Notes under the pieces: generated by a model
Seen by the model: the letters and a program-made list of their open reading frames with translations, nothing else
The model's database searches: none
Told to the model about the DNA's origin: nothing
Made by a program: the position numbers and the translations under genes
Part shown: piece by piece, positions 1 through 9,537 of the stretch
Layout of the letters: each line of letters begins with the position of its first letter
Numbering within the stretch: position 1 is the first letter of the stretch
From: a bacterium
Lineage (GTDB): Bacteria; Patescibacteriota; UBA1384; 2-12-FULL-50-11
Direction: 5' to 3'
Length of the DNA: 54,301 nt
NCBI GenBank assembly: GCA_021463485.1
Contig: JAJTYJ010000004.1
Span: 1 to 54,301 of the forward strand

Positions 1-86
1 GGGCGCACTCCGTCTCCCCCACACCCCCGCCGGTGCGCCCGCGCGAGCGGACAGGTTCAGCCCTTCAACTCCGTTCGAATTTTTTC
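1..86 (+). other. GC-rich structured 3' end of an unidentified transcript, ending in an intrinsic-terminator-like hairpin
   Basis: Perfect 8-bp stem GGGCGCAC(1-8)/GTGCGCCC(33-40). Second stem CGAGCGGA(44-51)/TCCGTTCG(70-77) is followed by a T-run at 80-85. No credible ORF. Confidence 0.35.
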
Positions 87-254
87 GTACAATGTCTGCA
101 AAGAAAAGTGTCGAGCTGCTGCTCGGCATTTTTCTTTGCGGTAGTTACGCGAACCTGGTTGCGAAGCAACGGGTGCGACTACGAACGAGCATCGCGAGTG
201 AGGAGCTGAGCGAAGCGAAGATCCTGTCACCCCTGCAAAGAGTTGTATTATTCA

Positions 255-283
255 TTGATTGTCATGCGAAAATATGGTAAAAA
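255..283 (+). promoter_or_regulatory. sigma70-like promoter upstream of the 348 CDS
   Basis: TTGATT(255-260), 17-nt spacer, TAAAAA(278-283). Confidence 0.35.
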
Positions 284-347
284 TATGTGTCTCAAAAAGA
301 GGTAATAGTTTTTGCAATTTTACAAATACGCATACAGGAGGTTTTAA

Positions 348-1727
348 ATGTGGAAAAACCCTGAGCCAGTCATCGCGTGGTGTCGATACGTAATAAAGAA
401 CCAGATTGTCAGTGAAAGGTTCGAGCGACATAAGTTCCCGGTAATTGATCATAAAGCGGTGGATGTAGCCTACGCAACAGCAAAGAATATCTTTGACGAA
501 ATGGCTGCTGCTAGGAATAAAGATATCGAGCAGAACCGTGACACTCAAGAGAGTGTAAATATGATCTGTTCTCTTTTTTCGCGACATGTTGTGAATCTGG
601 CGAGTAACATCGAAGAAACAAAGAACTGGTCGTTCTTGAGTGATCTTTGGTCGCTATCTGCCAGAATTCAACGGAATCTTCTAGAGGGGCAGGAGATCAC
701 CGAACCAGCATTTGATCTCTGTGTTATGCTTGCAGAGTCAGTCCACCTGCTCGTTGGGACAGACTCTTCAGTGCTAGTGGGTACTCGTCACGGCAACGTC
801 GCTTTTCAGAAACTAAAATACCCCGTCTTTAAGATGAGCGACTTGCCAAGAGCTCTAAAGATGGCTTTCACATTGGAATATTTCGGGCCAGAAGACTTAG
901 ATATTCTTCCCGAGGTTGGATGCTGGCTCAGCCAGCACGATGTATCATCTTCAGATACCGACGATCGTTTCCCGGCCATTATAGATCCGTGGTTAAAAAT
1001 TGCTGACTTACTGGAATCATCCTACTATAATCAGCAATTTATGCCTCACCCAAGCGGATCGGTTGTAAAGATCCTAGGCGTTCCTGGAGTTGAGCAGGTG
1101 GTGTTGAAAGCTAAGAAAAGTGTTGCTGATCGCAATTACATTGACTTAGTTGGAATCTTCACGATCGACAATAGGCAATTCCCTTGCGTTTTAGATGGTG
1201 ACATAGCTACACGGCGGGTGGCTGGGGACATGGTAACTTGGAGCGATCTACAATCCAGAACGATGCATTTCATGCGTTGGCTACTCGCTCAACTCTATCA
1301 CGATCTGGTGACTGCCAAGGATGTGGTGCCAGGGCGTGAAAGAAGGTTAGGCAATAAAGCCAAGGCTGCCGCCAAGCTGCCGGAAAAAGTAGCTGAAGAT
1401 CTCAAGTGGATCTACATTCCACGTAAGCGCAAGAAAGAGACGCTCGAAATTCGCCGTCCAGCAGTCAACCCACGTTCAATGTCGCCGCACCGGGTTAGTG
1501 GTCATAAGCGCCGGGCCAACATGACCGATCGTCAACGCGAGGCGGTCCGGGCCTTGGAACAGGAATCTGGTATCGAGATCTTGCGCTGGATTCCAGAAGG
1601 CTACACTTTCGTTCGGCCGCACATTGTTCCAGCCGACGGTTCGGCCTCAATCATGCAATTGCCGCGGTTCATCCGAACCCGGATTCAAGAGGATATTAAG
1701 AGTCTCCTTTTGGGTTCTGACGAATAA
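348..1727 (+). CDS. hypothetical protein (459 aa) with a basic C-terminal module
   Basis: Long ORF with SD-like AGGAGG just upstream. C-terminus reads IPRKRKK...SPHRVSGHKRRANMTDRQREAV...GYTFVRPHIVP. I recognise no family. Confidence 0.7.
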   Translation: MWKNPEPVIAWCRYVIKNQIVSERFERHKFPVIDHKAVDVAYATAKNIFDEMAAARNKDIEQNRDTQESVNMICSLFSRHVVNLASNIEETKNWSFLSDLWSLSARIQRNLLEGQEITEPAFDLCVMLAESVHLLVGTDSSVLVGTRHGNVAFQKLKYPVFKMSDLPRALKMAFTLEYFGPEDLDILPEVGCWLSQHDVSSSDTDDRFPAIIDPWLKIADLLESSYYNQQFMPHPSGSVVKILGVPGVEQVVLKAKKSVADRNYIDLVGIFTIDNRQFPCVLDGDIATRRVAGDMVTWSDLQSRTMHFMRWLLAQLYHDLVTAKDVVPGRERRLGNKAKAAAKLPEKVAEDLKWIYIPRKRKKETLEIRRPAVNPRSMSPHRVSGHKRRANMTDRQREAVRALEQESGIEILRWIPEGYTFVRPHIVPADGSASIMQLPRFIRTRIQEDIKSLLLGSDE

Positions 1728-1745
1728 CGACTCAAATTATACAAA

Positions 1746-1770
1746 GGTTCTGCTTGCAGAACCTTTTTTT
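1746..1770 (+). terminator. intrinsic terminator of the 348-1727 CDS
   Basis: GGTTCT-GCTTGC-AGAACC followed by T7. Confidence 0.7.
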
Positions 1771-1775
1771 GATTT

Positions 1776-1804
1776 AAAAAAAGCCCCGAAGGGCTACTCG
1801 GGGC
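1776..1804 (-). terminator. intrinsic terminator of the 1794-2108 CDS
   Basis: Stem GCCCCGA(1783-1789)/TCGGGGC(1798-1804). The A-run at 1776-1782 is a U-run on the minus strand. The stem includes the last codons of the gene. Confidence 0.6.
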
Positions 1805-2108
1805 GAAGTGAGTCGGCAGGGACTCGGAACTGACGCGGCGGGATGCCGACAAGTCCCCAGAGATGCGGAACGTACTCGGCGATCGGTTCGACGACCGCGC
1901 TCGTTCGGGACTGTGCGACCTTTCGGACGTTGATTCGACCGTCGTGGATGTCGCGATCGTTCAAAACGAAGCCAACCTTTCCTTTGGGGGTGGTGTTGGT
2001 ACGGCGACACTTAACCACCACGATACGCTGGTTTTCGATAAGTTCGCCCTCCCAGCTGCAAGGGTGAACTTCTACGGGGACGCTGAAGGTGAATGGATGT
2101 GTGAACAT
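1794..2108 (-). CDS. hypothetical small protein (104 aa), visibly G+C-richer than its neighbours
   Basis: The ATG at 2108 is preceded by TAGGAG with a 5-nt spacer. The track's longer form starts at a TTG (2171) with no SD. Confidence 0.55.
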   Translation of the reverse strand: MFTHPFTFSVPVEVHPCSWEGELIENQRIVVVKCRRTNTTPKGKVGFVLNDRDIHDGRINVRKVAQSRTSAVVEPIAEYVPHLWGLVGIPPRQFRVPADSLRPE

Positions 2109-2247
2109 AGGTGCTCCTAATGTACTGAGTAAATTATATTCCGACTCGGACAAGTCATCAATAATTTTCAAGGGTGTTTTTGGGCGTTGACAAGCAAAAT
2201 TCTTCTCCGTAGTCTGGAAATAAGTAGTAAAAACTTAGGAGGGGACT

Positions 2248-2823
2248 GTGGATCAGGAAAAACAACCAGCAAATCGCGCCCAAGATGCAATCGCTTCGTT
2301 AGAGTCTGGGATTAGCGCCTTCGAGACCTTCGGTCGCGTTATCTTTTTTGTCGTACTAGTTGAGGTAGCGTTGATAATGGGACTTAACTTTTATCAGAAG
2401 AGTCGAATTAATACCTACACGCAAAAAATCGACCAAATTACTGCCGAGATTAACACCCCAGAATACTCCACGATCAACACTCAAGTTGAACAAGTTCTGG
2501 CTGGCAGCGAGAAACTTCGAGTAGCGTTAGACAGTAAAGTTCAATGGAGTAAATTTTACAGCCAACTTAATGCTGTTACACCAAAAGATGTACGGGTTAC
2601 CTCTGTTTCGATTGCAGATGGCGGTTCTGTTAAGTTAGATGGTGAGACGGCGAGCTTGAGTAGCTTGGCGAAACTGATTGTAGCTTGGAACCAAGGAACG
2701 CCGGCCGCTACTACGCCATTCACTGGAGTTACGTTGGCATCGAATGGTTACGCTGAAGAAGAAGGATCCCGACGGGTAATTTTCTCAGTGACTGGTCAAA
2801 TTAATACTGGGGGATTGCGATGA
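2248..2823 (+). CDS. PilN-like type IV pilus assembly membrane protein
   Basis: GTG start after TAGGAGGGG. One N-terminal TM followed by a coiled region. First gene of the pilus operon, overlapping the next gene by 4 nt. Confidence 0.55.
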   Translation: MDQEKQPANRAQDAIASLESGISAFETFGRVIFFVVLVEVALIMGLNFYQKSRINTYTQKIDQITAEINTPEYSTINTQVEQVLAGSEKLRVALDSKVQWSKFYSQLNAVTPKDVRVTSVSIADGGSVKLDGETASLSSLAKLIVAWNQGTPAATTPFTGVTLASNGYAEEEGSRRVIFSVTGQINTGGLR

Positions 2824-3323
2824 AAGGTATGAAGCATATCGGAATAATTCTAATTCTAATCTCAATCTTAGGTTGGTTTGGTCTGGTTCGACCACAAATT
2901 AAGAAATTCTCCGAGAACTCGCTACTTGCTGAGGCTCGCTCGGAGGAAGTGACTTCGTACCAGACACGACTCGATCACTTAAAACAGATCAAGGAACAGG
3001 GAGAAGCTGTAACTAGTACGCTCGACGCGTTGTTTCTAGCTATGCCGAAAGAGGCCCAAATTCCGGAGGTGTTGGTGATGATGGAGAGTATCGGCGCAAA
3101 TACCGGAGTTGTGTTTAGCTCGTTTAGCGTTGGCGCACCCGCCAGCGGTGAGGTACCTGTCTCCATTTCATTTAGCGGTAATCTAACGTCAGTGAACGCG
3201 TTTCTAGATGCCTTGGCTCGAAATGTTCGTACCGCCACTATTAAGTCACAATCCATGACCTCAGACAGTTCTGGTAATTTATCGATCTCGATGCAAGTCG
3301 GGCTAATCTATCAAGGAGAATAA
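2820..3323 (+). CDS. PilO-like type IV pilus assembly membrane protein
   Basis: N-terminal TM plus coiled coil plus C-terminal beta-rich domain. Translationally coupled within the pilus operon. Confidence 0.55.
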   Translation: MKGMKHIGIILILISILGWFGLVRPQIKKFSENSLLAEARSEEVTSYQTRLDHLKQIKEQGEAVTSTLDALFLAMPKEAQIPEVLVMMESIGANTGVVFSSFSVGAPASGEVPVSISFSGNLTSVNAFLDALARNVRTATIKSQSMTSDSSGNLSISMQVGLIYQGE

Positions 3324-3324
3324 T

Positions 3325-3591
3325 ATGAAGGGATTAAAGTTAGATACGATTATCGGTGTTGGACTCCTCATTATTACCGTTCTTGGTTTCTTAATTTCAG
3401 TGATAGTTCAATTACCAAAGAAGGAACAAATCGATCAAGTCGCACAGCCACTACCGACGATTCCAGCCAATATGTTTTCGTCGGATAATGAGCTAACAAA
3501 AGCTGTCCGTGCATTATCGAAGCCTAACGGCGTTCCAGTAACAGTTGATCCTTCGACGATCGGTCGCACGAATGTCTTTGAGAACTTTTAA
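3325..3591 (+). CDS. small single-pass membrane protein of the pilus operon
   Basis: 88 aa with the TM segment IIGVGLLIITVLGFLISVIV. Tightly packed between the pilO-like gene and pilB. Confidence 0.5.
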   Translation: MKGLKLDTIIGVGLLIITVLGFLISVIVQLPKKEQIDQVAQPLPTIPANMFSSDNELTKAVRALSKPNGVPVTVDPSTIGRTNVFENF

Positions 3592-3594
3592 TGC

Positions 3595-6099
3595 ATGCCA
3601 TTAAATGTTGCTCAGGCTCCTAGTCCGGTAAACACTCGAAATTTTGTCGATTTTCTCGTAAACAGAAACTTGATTAAGCCGGGTTTCAGGCAGATTTTGC
3701 GCGGCAAAGATATCCTGGAGGTAGATCGGTATCTCTTAGAAAAACGACTCTTTACGCCAGAAAGACTCCAAGAGCTATACGGCGAGTATTTCCGATTACC
3801 GTATTCTCACATTCTCAATACCCCGATACAGCCAGCAGTTGTTAATTTAATTCCAGCAGACGTTGCCAGGCGGTATAAGGTACTAGCCGTCAAGCTTGAA
3901 GGAAATGTTTTAACGCTAGCAGTTGGCGAGCCAGCGTTTCTTCAGAAAAACGCTCCAAACGCGCTATTAAATCTTCGCAAACAGAAAGGACTTCGAATCC
4001 AGTTAATGATTGTACCGGAGGCCGAAGTGATGGCGGCGATTAACAAAATATATCATCCGGCTCCGGTTACATCCGAAGCTAAAACCGAAGCACCAGAACA
4101 GTCGCAGGTAACTATCGAATCGCTCGGTACGCCACCGGTGGTGCAACCGCACGAGATTACACATCAACAGGCCCCGCGTGCAACTAATAAGGAAGATCTA
4201 ATTAAAGAAGTCGAACCACGAAAAACCGTTGATTTACGGGGGATGGAGATTCCACCTGAGACGCTCAATAAACTGCCGTACGCGGTGGCTAAAAAGTACA
4301 AGATAATTGTATTTGGCTCGCACGGCTCGAAGAGTAAGTTTGAACAGCCGCTCATCAAAGTAGCGCTCGTGAATCCAGCCGATATCCATGTTCGTGAGAT
4401 TCTAAGTTACATCGAGCAGCGTAATAAAGTACTTGTTCAGCGGCACGAGACCACTGAAGAGTCGTTTAACGCCGCACTTGAGCAGTACCCAGAATCCAAA
4501 GCCGAAAAAGCACTAAAACAAAGCCAAGAAATAAAAGAAAAAGAAACGATCGTTGCTGAACCACCAAAACCGAAAACACCAAGTTTAGCTGAAGAAGTTT
4601 CTCGCGCCTCACAGGTAAAAATCGACCCAAGCGCGAAGATCGAGACTACAACCGAAAATCTTCAGCCAGCTGCTAGTGAGCCAGTACAGAAGCCGGTTAG
4701 TCAAAAACTGAGCGATCAGGGATTATCTATCTCGGCAGCTGATATTATTAACCGACCGACAGAGGAGTCTGCGAGTGAACTTCAGCAATTGGCCAAACAA
4801 CAACAGACAACTATCGAGGATCAAAATCTAGATAAACTACTAAAACAACCAGTAACAAGCCCAGAGGATTTAGCCAAGTCATTCCGTACCGGTTTTGTAC
4901 CAGAAATCGTCGCTGCCACATTGTTTTTAGCGATTCGGATGAAGGCGAGTGACGTCCATATCGAGTCTGGCCAGGAGACGGTACGGGTCCGTTACCGAAT
5001 TGATGGCATTCTTCATGACGTTATCCGTGTACCGGCGTTCTTACACGCACCGCTAATCTCAAGAATAAAGATCCTCGCCAAGATGAAGATCGACGAACAA
5101 CGGGTTCCGCAAGACGGTCGTTTTGATGTTGTTATCGACAGTCGCCAAGTTGACTTACGTGTCTCGACGCTACCGACTGTACACGGCGAAAAGGTTGTGA
5201 TGAGACTTCTGGATAAGAGCGAAGGCATTATGACACTAGAGCAACTAGGTGTGACGGGCTCTAATTTCGATACATTAATCGCCAACATCAAAAAACCGTA
5301 CGGCGTCATTCTCTCAACCGGGCCGACTGGTTCAGGAAAATCGACGACGCTATACGCAATTCTTTCGCGCATTAGTAAGCCTGGTGTGAATATCATTACA
5401 CTAGAGGATCCGGTTGAGTACGAGTTGCCGGGGATCAACCAAGCACAAGTAAAACCGGGTATCGGTTTCACCTTCGCCGAAGGTCTACGCTCTGTATTAC
5501 GACAAGACCCAAATATCATCATGGTTGGAGAAATCCGCGATCTAGAGACGGCGGCGATGGCGACGCACGCGGCGCTGACAGGCCACTTAGTGCTTTCAAC
5601 GCTTCACACTAACGACGCATCGGGCGCTCTGCCACGTCTTATCAATATGGGCGTCGAGCCGTTCTTAATTACTTCCTCAATTAACGCCGTAATTGGCCAG
5701 CGATTAGTACGAAAAGTCTGCGACAACTGTCGTGAAAAAGTTGAGATTCCGCCAGCCGTAAAGACGTTTGTTAAAAAACAGCTCTCAGAAGTCCCGTCTG
5801 GCCAATTGAAAAATCTCGATCTCGAACAATTAACTTTCTACCACGGCAAAGGCTGCCCGAACTGTACAAACGGTTATCGAGGACGGATCGGAATATTTGA
5901 AGTCTTGGCGATGAATGAGAAGATAGAAGAGCTCGCAGTTAAAAAAGCGCCGGCGTCAGAGATAAAACGGGCGGCGATCGATGCGGGGATGATAACTATG
6001 ACACAAGATGGTTTAATAAAAGCATTAAAGGGAATCACAACCATCGACGAAGTGATGCGAGTGACTACCGCGGATAGTAAAGAATTACCAGGAGGATAA
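3595..6099 (+). CDS. pilB: type IV pilus assembly ATPase PilB/GspE family, long form (834 aa)
   Basis: Walker A GPTGSGKSTT, Asp/His boxes, and a C-terminal tetracysteine CDNC...CPNC. Two N-terminal GspE-N-like segments are separated by a long K/E/P/Q-rich linker. Confidence 0.9.
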   Translation: MPLNVAQAPSPVNTRNFVDFLVNRNLIKPGFRQILRGKDILEVDRYLLEKRLFTPERLQELYGEYFRLPYSHILNTPIQPAVVNLIPADVARRYKVLAVKLEGNVLTLAVGEPAFLQKNAPNALLNLRKQKGLRIQLMIVPEAEVMAAINKIYHPAPVTSEAKTEAPEQSQVTIESLGTPPVVQPHEITHQQAPRATNKEDLIKEVEPRKTVDLRGMEIPPETLNKLPYAVAKKYKIIVFGSHGSKSKFEQPLIKVALVNPADIHVREILSYIEQRNKVLVQRHETTEESFNAALEQYPESKAEKALKQSQEIKEKETIVAEPPKPKTPSLAEEVSRASQVKIDPSAKIETTTENLQPAASEPVQKPVSQKLSDQGLSISAADIINRPTEESASELQQLAKQQQTTIEDQNLDKLLKQPVTSPEDLAKSFRTGFVPEIVAATLFLAIRMKASDVHIESGQETVRVRYRIDGILHDVIRVPAFLHAPLISRIKILAKMKIDEQRVPQDGRFDVVIDSRQVDLRVSTLPTVHGEKVVMRLLDKSEGIMTLEQLGVTGSNFDTLIANIKKPYGVILSTGPTGSGKSTTLYAILSRISKPGVNIITLEDPVEYELPGINQAQVKPGIGFTFAEGLRSVLRQDPNIIMVGEIRDLETAAMATHAALTGHLVLSTLHTNDASGALPRLINMGVEPFLITSSINAVIGQRLVRKVCDNCREKVEIPPAVKTFVKKQLSEVPSGQLKNLDLEQLTFYHGKGCPNCTNGYRGRIGIFEVLAMNEKIEELAVKKAPASEIKRAAIDAGMITMTQDGLIKALKGITTIDEVMRVTTADSKELPGG

Positions 6100-6102
6100 A
6101 TT

Positions 6103-7170
6103 ATGGCCGAGGCAATGACCACGCAGATGAAGCAACTACTCGATACAGCTATCGAGAAGGGCGCGAGCGACTTACATATCACGGTCGGTCTGGCACCGAC
6201 GATCCGAATTGATGGTAAGCTGTTTCCGCTCACCGACGCGGGCGTGATTACACCGGAAGTAGCGCAGCGCTTACTGCTTAGTATTATGACTAGTGAGCAG
6301 GCTGAGCGTCTCCAACAACGTCGCGAGCTCGACTTCTCATTTGGGTATCAAAAGATGCGATTTCGAACCAACGCCTTTTATCAAAAAGGTAATGTCTCGG
6401 CGGCGCTTCGTTTAATTCCCGTTGCGATTAAAAGTATGGAAGAGTTAGGTGTTCCGCCGATTCTCGAGAGGTTTGCCGAGCCGAGTCAAGGTTTTGTAAT
6501 TATTACGGGCCCAACGGGTCACGGTAAATCTACTACACTCGCAGCCCTAGTCCAGAGTATTAACGCTAAGCGTGCCGAGCATATTATTACCATCGAAGAT
6601 CCGATCGAATACGTGTTTGAACATAATAAATCGATGATCGTCCAACGAGAAGTCGGCTCGGACACTAACTCGTTCTCAAGAGCGTTGCGCTCAGCCTTGC
6701 GCGAAGACCCAAACGTTGTTCTAGTTGGTGAGATGCGCGATCTGGAAACGATCGAAGCGGCGTTAACGCTGGCCGAAACTGGTCACTTGGTATTTACGAC
6801 GCTCCACACTAACTCAGCTGCGCAAACTGCCGATAGAATTATCGACGTATTTCCGCCGCACCAGCAACAACAAGTTCGAATGCAGTTAGCAAACGTTTTG
6901 TTAGGGGTTGTGTCTCAGCGATTACTACCGAGAGTACAGGGTGGACGGGTTCTAGCAACAGAAATTATGATCGCTAACTCTGCTGTTCGTAACACTATTC
7001 GCGAAGGTAAGACGCATCAGTTGCCAAATATTATTCAAACATCAGCATCAGAAGGCATGATATCGCTCGACAAAGTTTTGGCGGAGTTGGTTTCTCGCGG
7101 TGAGATTACGATTGACACCGCGTTGGCCTGGGCAATCGATCCAAAAGCCTTTAAGATGATGGTGTATTAA
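6103..7170 (+). CDS. pilT: twitching-motility retraction ATPase PilT
   Basis: Walker A GPTGHGKSTT, LVGEMRDLETI, AHLVFTTLHTNSA-type motifs. 355 aa. Confidence 0.9.
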   Translation: MAEAMTTQMKQLLDTAIEKGASDLHITVGLAPTIRIDGKLFPLTDAGVITPEVAQRLLLSIMTSEQAERLQQRRELDFSFGYQKMRFRTNAFYQKGNVSAALRLIPVAIKSMEELGVPPILERFAEPSQGFVIITGPTGHGKSTTLAALVQSINAKRAEHIITIEDPIEYVFEHNKSMIVQREVGSDTNSFSRALRSALREDPNVVLVGEMRDLETIEAALTLAETGHLVFTTLHTNSAAQTADRIIDVFPPHQQQQVRMQLANVLLGVVSQRLLPRVQGGRVLATEIMIANSAVRNTIREGKTHQLPNIIQTSASEGMISLDKVLAELVSRGEITIDTALAWAIDPKAFKMMVY

Positions 7171-7276
7171 GGAAAAAGAGGAGGGGAAGATATCGAGCGT
7201 ATCGGTTACTGTTAATAACTGGCTGGGTAGAATCACATTTCAGGAACGCTCTTTTGTAGCGCGCCAACTGGCGGTC

Positions 7277-8263
7277 ATGCTCGATGCCGGCTTACCGCTA
7301 GCACAGGCAGTGCGCTCTATTTCTGAGCAAACAGAAAATAAGGCGCTTCAGGAAGCGATGCTGGTTGTTTTGCGCGATCTCGAAAACGGATACAAACTCT
7401 CCGAAGCGGTCGAAAAGCATCCGAAAGTGTTTAATCACGTCTTCGTCTCGGTGGTCGCCGCTGGCGAATCTTCGGGTAAACTCGACGTCGCCCTTAACTT
7501 ACTAGCAGAAGAGTTAGAGCGAGATTACGGTTTCCGTAACCGTGTAATTGGGTCGTTAATGTATCCGGCTTTTATTATCGCTGCCATGATTGTCGTAGGA
7601 ATTATTATGGTTACGCGGATCGTTCCGGCGCTCCAGTCGGTGTTCGAAGAATCGGGCGCAGAGTTGCCATGGACAACCAAAACAGTTGTTTTTATTACTA
7701 ATAGTTTAATTAGTTACTGGTTCTTTTACGTCATTGGATTAGGAATTCTGGTCTTCCTATTTATCCGTTACATCTCGTCGGATGAAGGTCGCCGAGGGTT
7801 CAATAACTTTCTCCTTAAGATTCCGGCAGTAAATTCGCTGATCGTCAGTCTTGAGATGGCGCGTTTTACTCGAATCCTTGGGATTCTTATTCAAGCCGGC
7901 GTACCAATTATTCAAGCGATCGATTCTGTGGCGCTGGTATTAGATAGTATTGTTTACCGAGAGGCGCTGCATCAAGTTGCCAGAAACGTTGAACGCGGCG
8001 CACCGATCTCACAAACCCTTATTCGGTATCCAATTTTTCCGGCAACAATCACCGAGATGATCGCCGCTGGCGAAAAAACAGGTAAGCTGGAACAGGTTCT
8101 CGGTAAACTGGCAGATTTTTACGAGTCACAAACGAACCAAGCCATCCGGAACATGTCAGCGTTAGTTGAACCAGTTGTCTTTGTAATAGTAGGTCTTGGA
8201 GTAGCATTTCTGGTGTTCTCGATCATTGTACCGATCTACAACCTAGCTAATATTATTCAGTAA
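7277..8263 (+). CDS. pilC: type IV pilus platform protein PilC (GspF family). The conservative ATG start is given; the frame is open and PilC-like from 7160.
   Basis: Two T2SS-F repeats and three TM segments. The conserved block FQERSFVARQLAVML straddles the annotated ATG, so the true start is probably upstream (see finding). Confidence 0.85.
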   Translation: MLDAGLPLAQAVRSISEQTENKALQEAMLVVLRDLENGYKLSEAVEKHPKVFNHVFVSVVAAGESSGKLDVALNLLAEELERDYGFRNRVIGSLMYPAFIIAAMIVVGIIMVTRIVPALQSVFEESGAELPWTTKTVVFITNSLISYWFFYVIGLGILVFLFIRYISSDEGRRGFNNFLLKIPAVNSLIVSLEMARFTRILGILIQAGVPIIQAIDSVALVLDSIVYREALHQVARNVERGAPISQTLIRYPIFPATITEMIAAGEKTGKLEQVLGKLADFYESQTNQAIRNMSALVEPVVFVIVGLGVAFLVFSIIVPIYNLANIIQ

Positions 8264-8266
8264 TGC

Positions 8267-8297
8267 TTGACAGACAAGATGGATAGAATGATATTGA
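8267..8297 (+). promoter_or_regulatory. sigma70-like promoter of the major pilin gene
   Basis: TTGACA(8267-8272), 17-nt spacer, GATATT(8290-8295). Confidence 0.45.
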
Positions 8298-8379
8298 ATG
8301 TAATGGCTTTCACCGATCTTTTCAGAACGAGAGGGGCGGTCGACGAAAGTTTACATTTATATTCTCAAAAGGAGGAGAA

Positions 8380-8910
8380 ATGAAACTAAATATGAAAAAA
8401 GGGTTTACGCTCATCGAGCTGTTGGTGGTAATCGCCATTATTGGTATTCTCGCCGCTTTAATTATCGTTTCGCTTTCGGGTGCACGACAAAAAGCACAGG
8501 ATACCCAAATCAAGAATAATGTTCGAAATCTTGCAACAGCTATCGAGCAGTATGCCTTAGATCAGCCAAACCCCGTCTATCATGGAGCTGGGACAGGGAT
8601 CATCTTTAGTAACGCTGGCTTAGTTGCTGCGTTAGATGACTATATGGGTGGCGGTGCTAACTCAACGGTCTTTAATACGGGTACTGGCACTGTTTATACT
8701 GGTGCGACCACAGGAGACACCATGTATCGAACAAATGCGTTAACTCCATTCACGAGTTGGGCTGCCGGGGCACGTTTGCGAAGCGCCTCAGACAACGGTG
8801 CTAATGTTGTTGCAGGTGTTGCTACAACTGGCCCTACGGTTGGTGGTATCGCACTGAACGGATTCACTACAACAACTGCTAAGTACTTTACGGCATTTGG
8901 TCCGCAGTAA
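8380..8910 (+). CDS. type IV pilin (prepilin), paralog 1
   Basis: [29 protein letters not shown] class III signal peptide with N-methylation site. Strong SD AAGGAGG. Confidence 0.9.
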   Translation: MKLNMKKGFTLIELLVVIAIIGILAALIIVSLSGARQKAQDTQIKNNVRNLATAIEQYALDQPNPVYHGAGTGIIFSNAGLVAALDDYMGGGANSTVFNTGTGTVYTGATTGDTMYRTNALTPFTSWAAGARLRSASDNGANVVAGVATTGPTVGGIALNGFTTTTAKYFTAFGPQ

Positions 8911-8989
8911 TCTGGTTTGAATTCCAGGGGAACACGTTCCCTTGGATTCAGTTCAGAACGAACTTGAAATATTAGAAATTAGGAGGGAT

Positions 8990-9463
8990 ATGAAAAAAGG
9001 TTTTACGCTCATCGAGCTGTTGGTGGTAATCGCCATTATTGGTATTCTTGCGGCATTAATTATTGTCTCGCTTTCAGGTGCACGACAGAAAGCACAGGAT
9101 ACCCAATACAAAAATAACTTAAGAAATATTGCTACGGCTGTAGAGCAGTACGCGGCAGATCAGACCAACCCGGTTTATCCGTCATTGACTGAAAGTACTA
9201 TTTCCGAAGCCAACTTAGGGGCATCGTTGAATGCGTACTTAGGTGGTGGGGCGACGTCTGAGGCTTGGAATTATGATTCGCAAACAACTGCCTATATGTC
9301 TTGTTCAACTGATGCGGCTTGGGGGGCTGGTGTGACGCTGCTTAGCGCAACTGATAACGGTGCTAATGTTGTAGACGGTGCTGCATCGTTAGATATCGGT
9401 GCCTGCACAGGCTTCCTAACGTTAACCACTGGTAAAGTCTTTACAGTCAGCGGTCCGAACTAA
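8990..9463 (+). CDS. type IV pilin (prepilin), paralog 2
   Basis: [34 protein letters not shown] sits before the ATG at 8990. The track's 8942 start has no SD. Confidence 0.9.
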   Translation: MKKGFTLIELLVVIAIIGILAALIIVSLSGARQKAQDTQYKNNLRNIATAVEQYAADQTNPVYPSLTESTISEANLGASLNAYLGGGATSEAWNYDSQTTAYMSCSTDAAWGAGVTLLSATDNGANVVDGAASLDIGACTGFLTLTTGKVFTVSGPN

Positions 9464-9483
9464 AAAATACTTATTTAAAAAAA

Positions 9484-9511
9484 GAAGAACCCATTCGGGT
9501 TCTTCTTTTTT
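9484..9511 (+). terminator. intrinsic terminator after the pilin genes
   Basis: GAAGAACCC-ATTC-GGGTTCTTC followed by T6. Confidence 0.8.
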
Positions 9512-9537
9512 ATGCCGGAAATAAGTAATGTAGAGTT

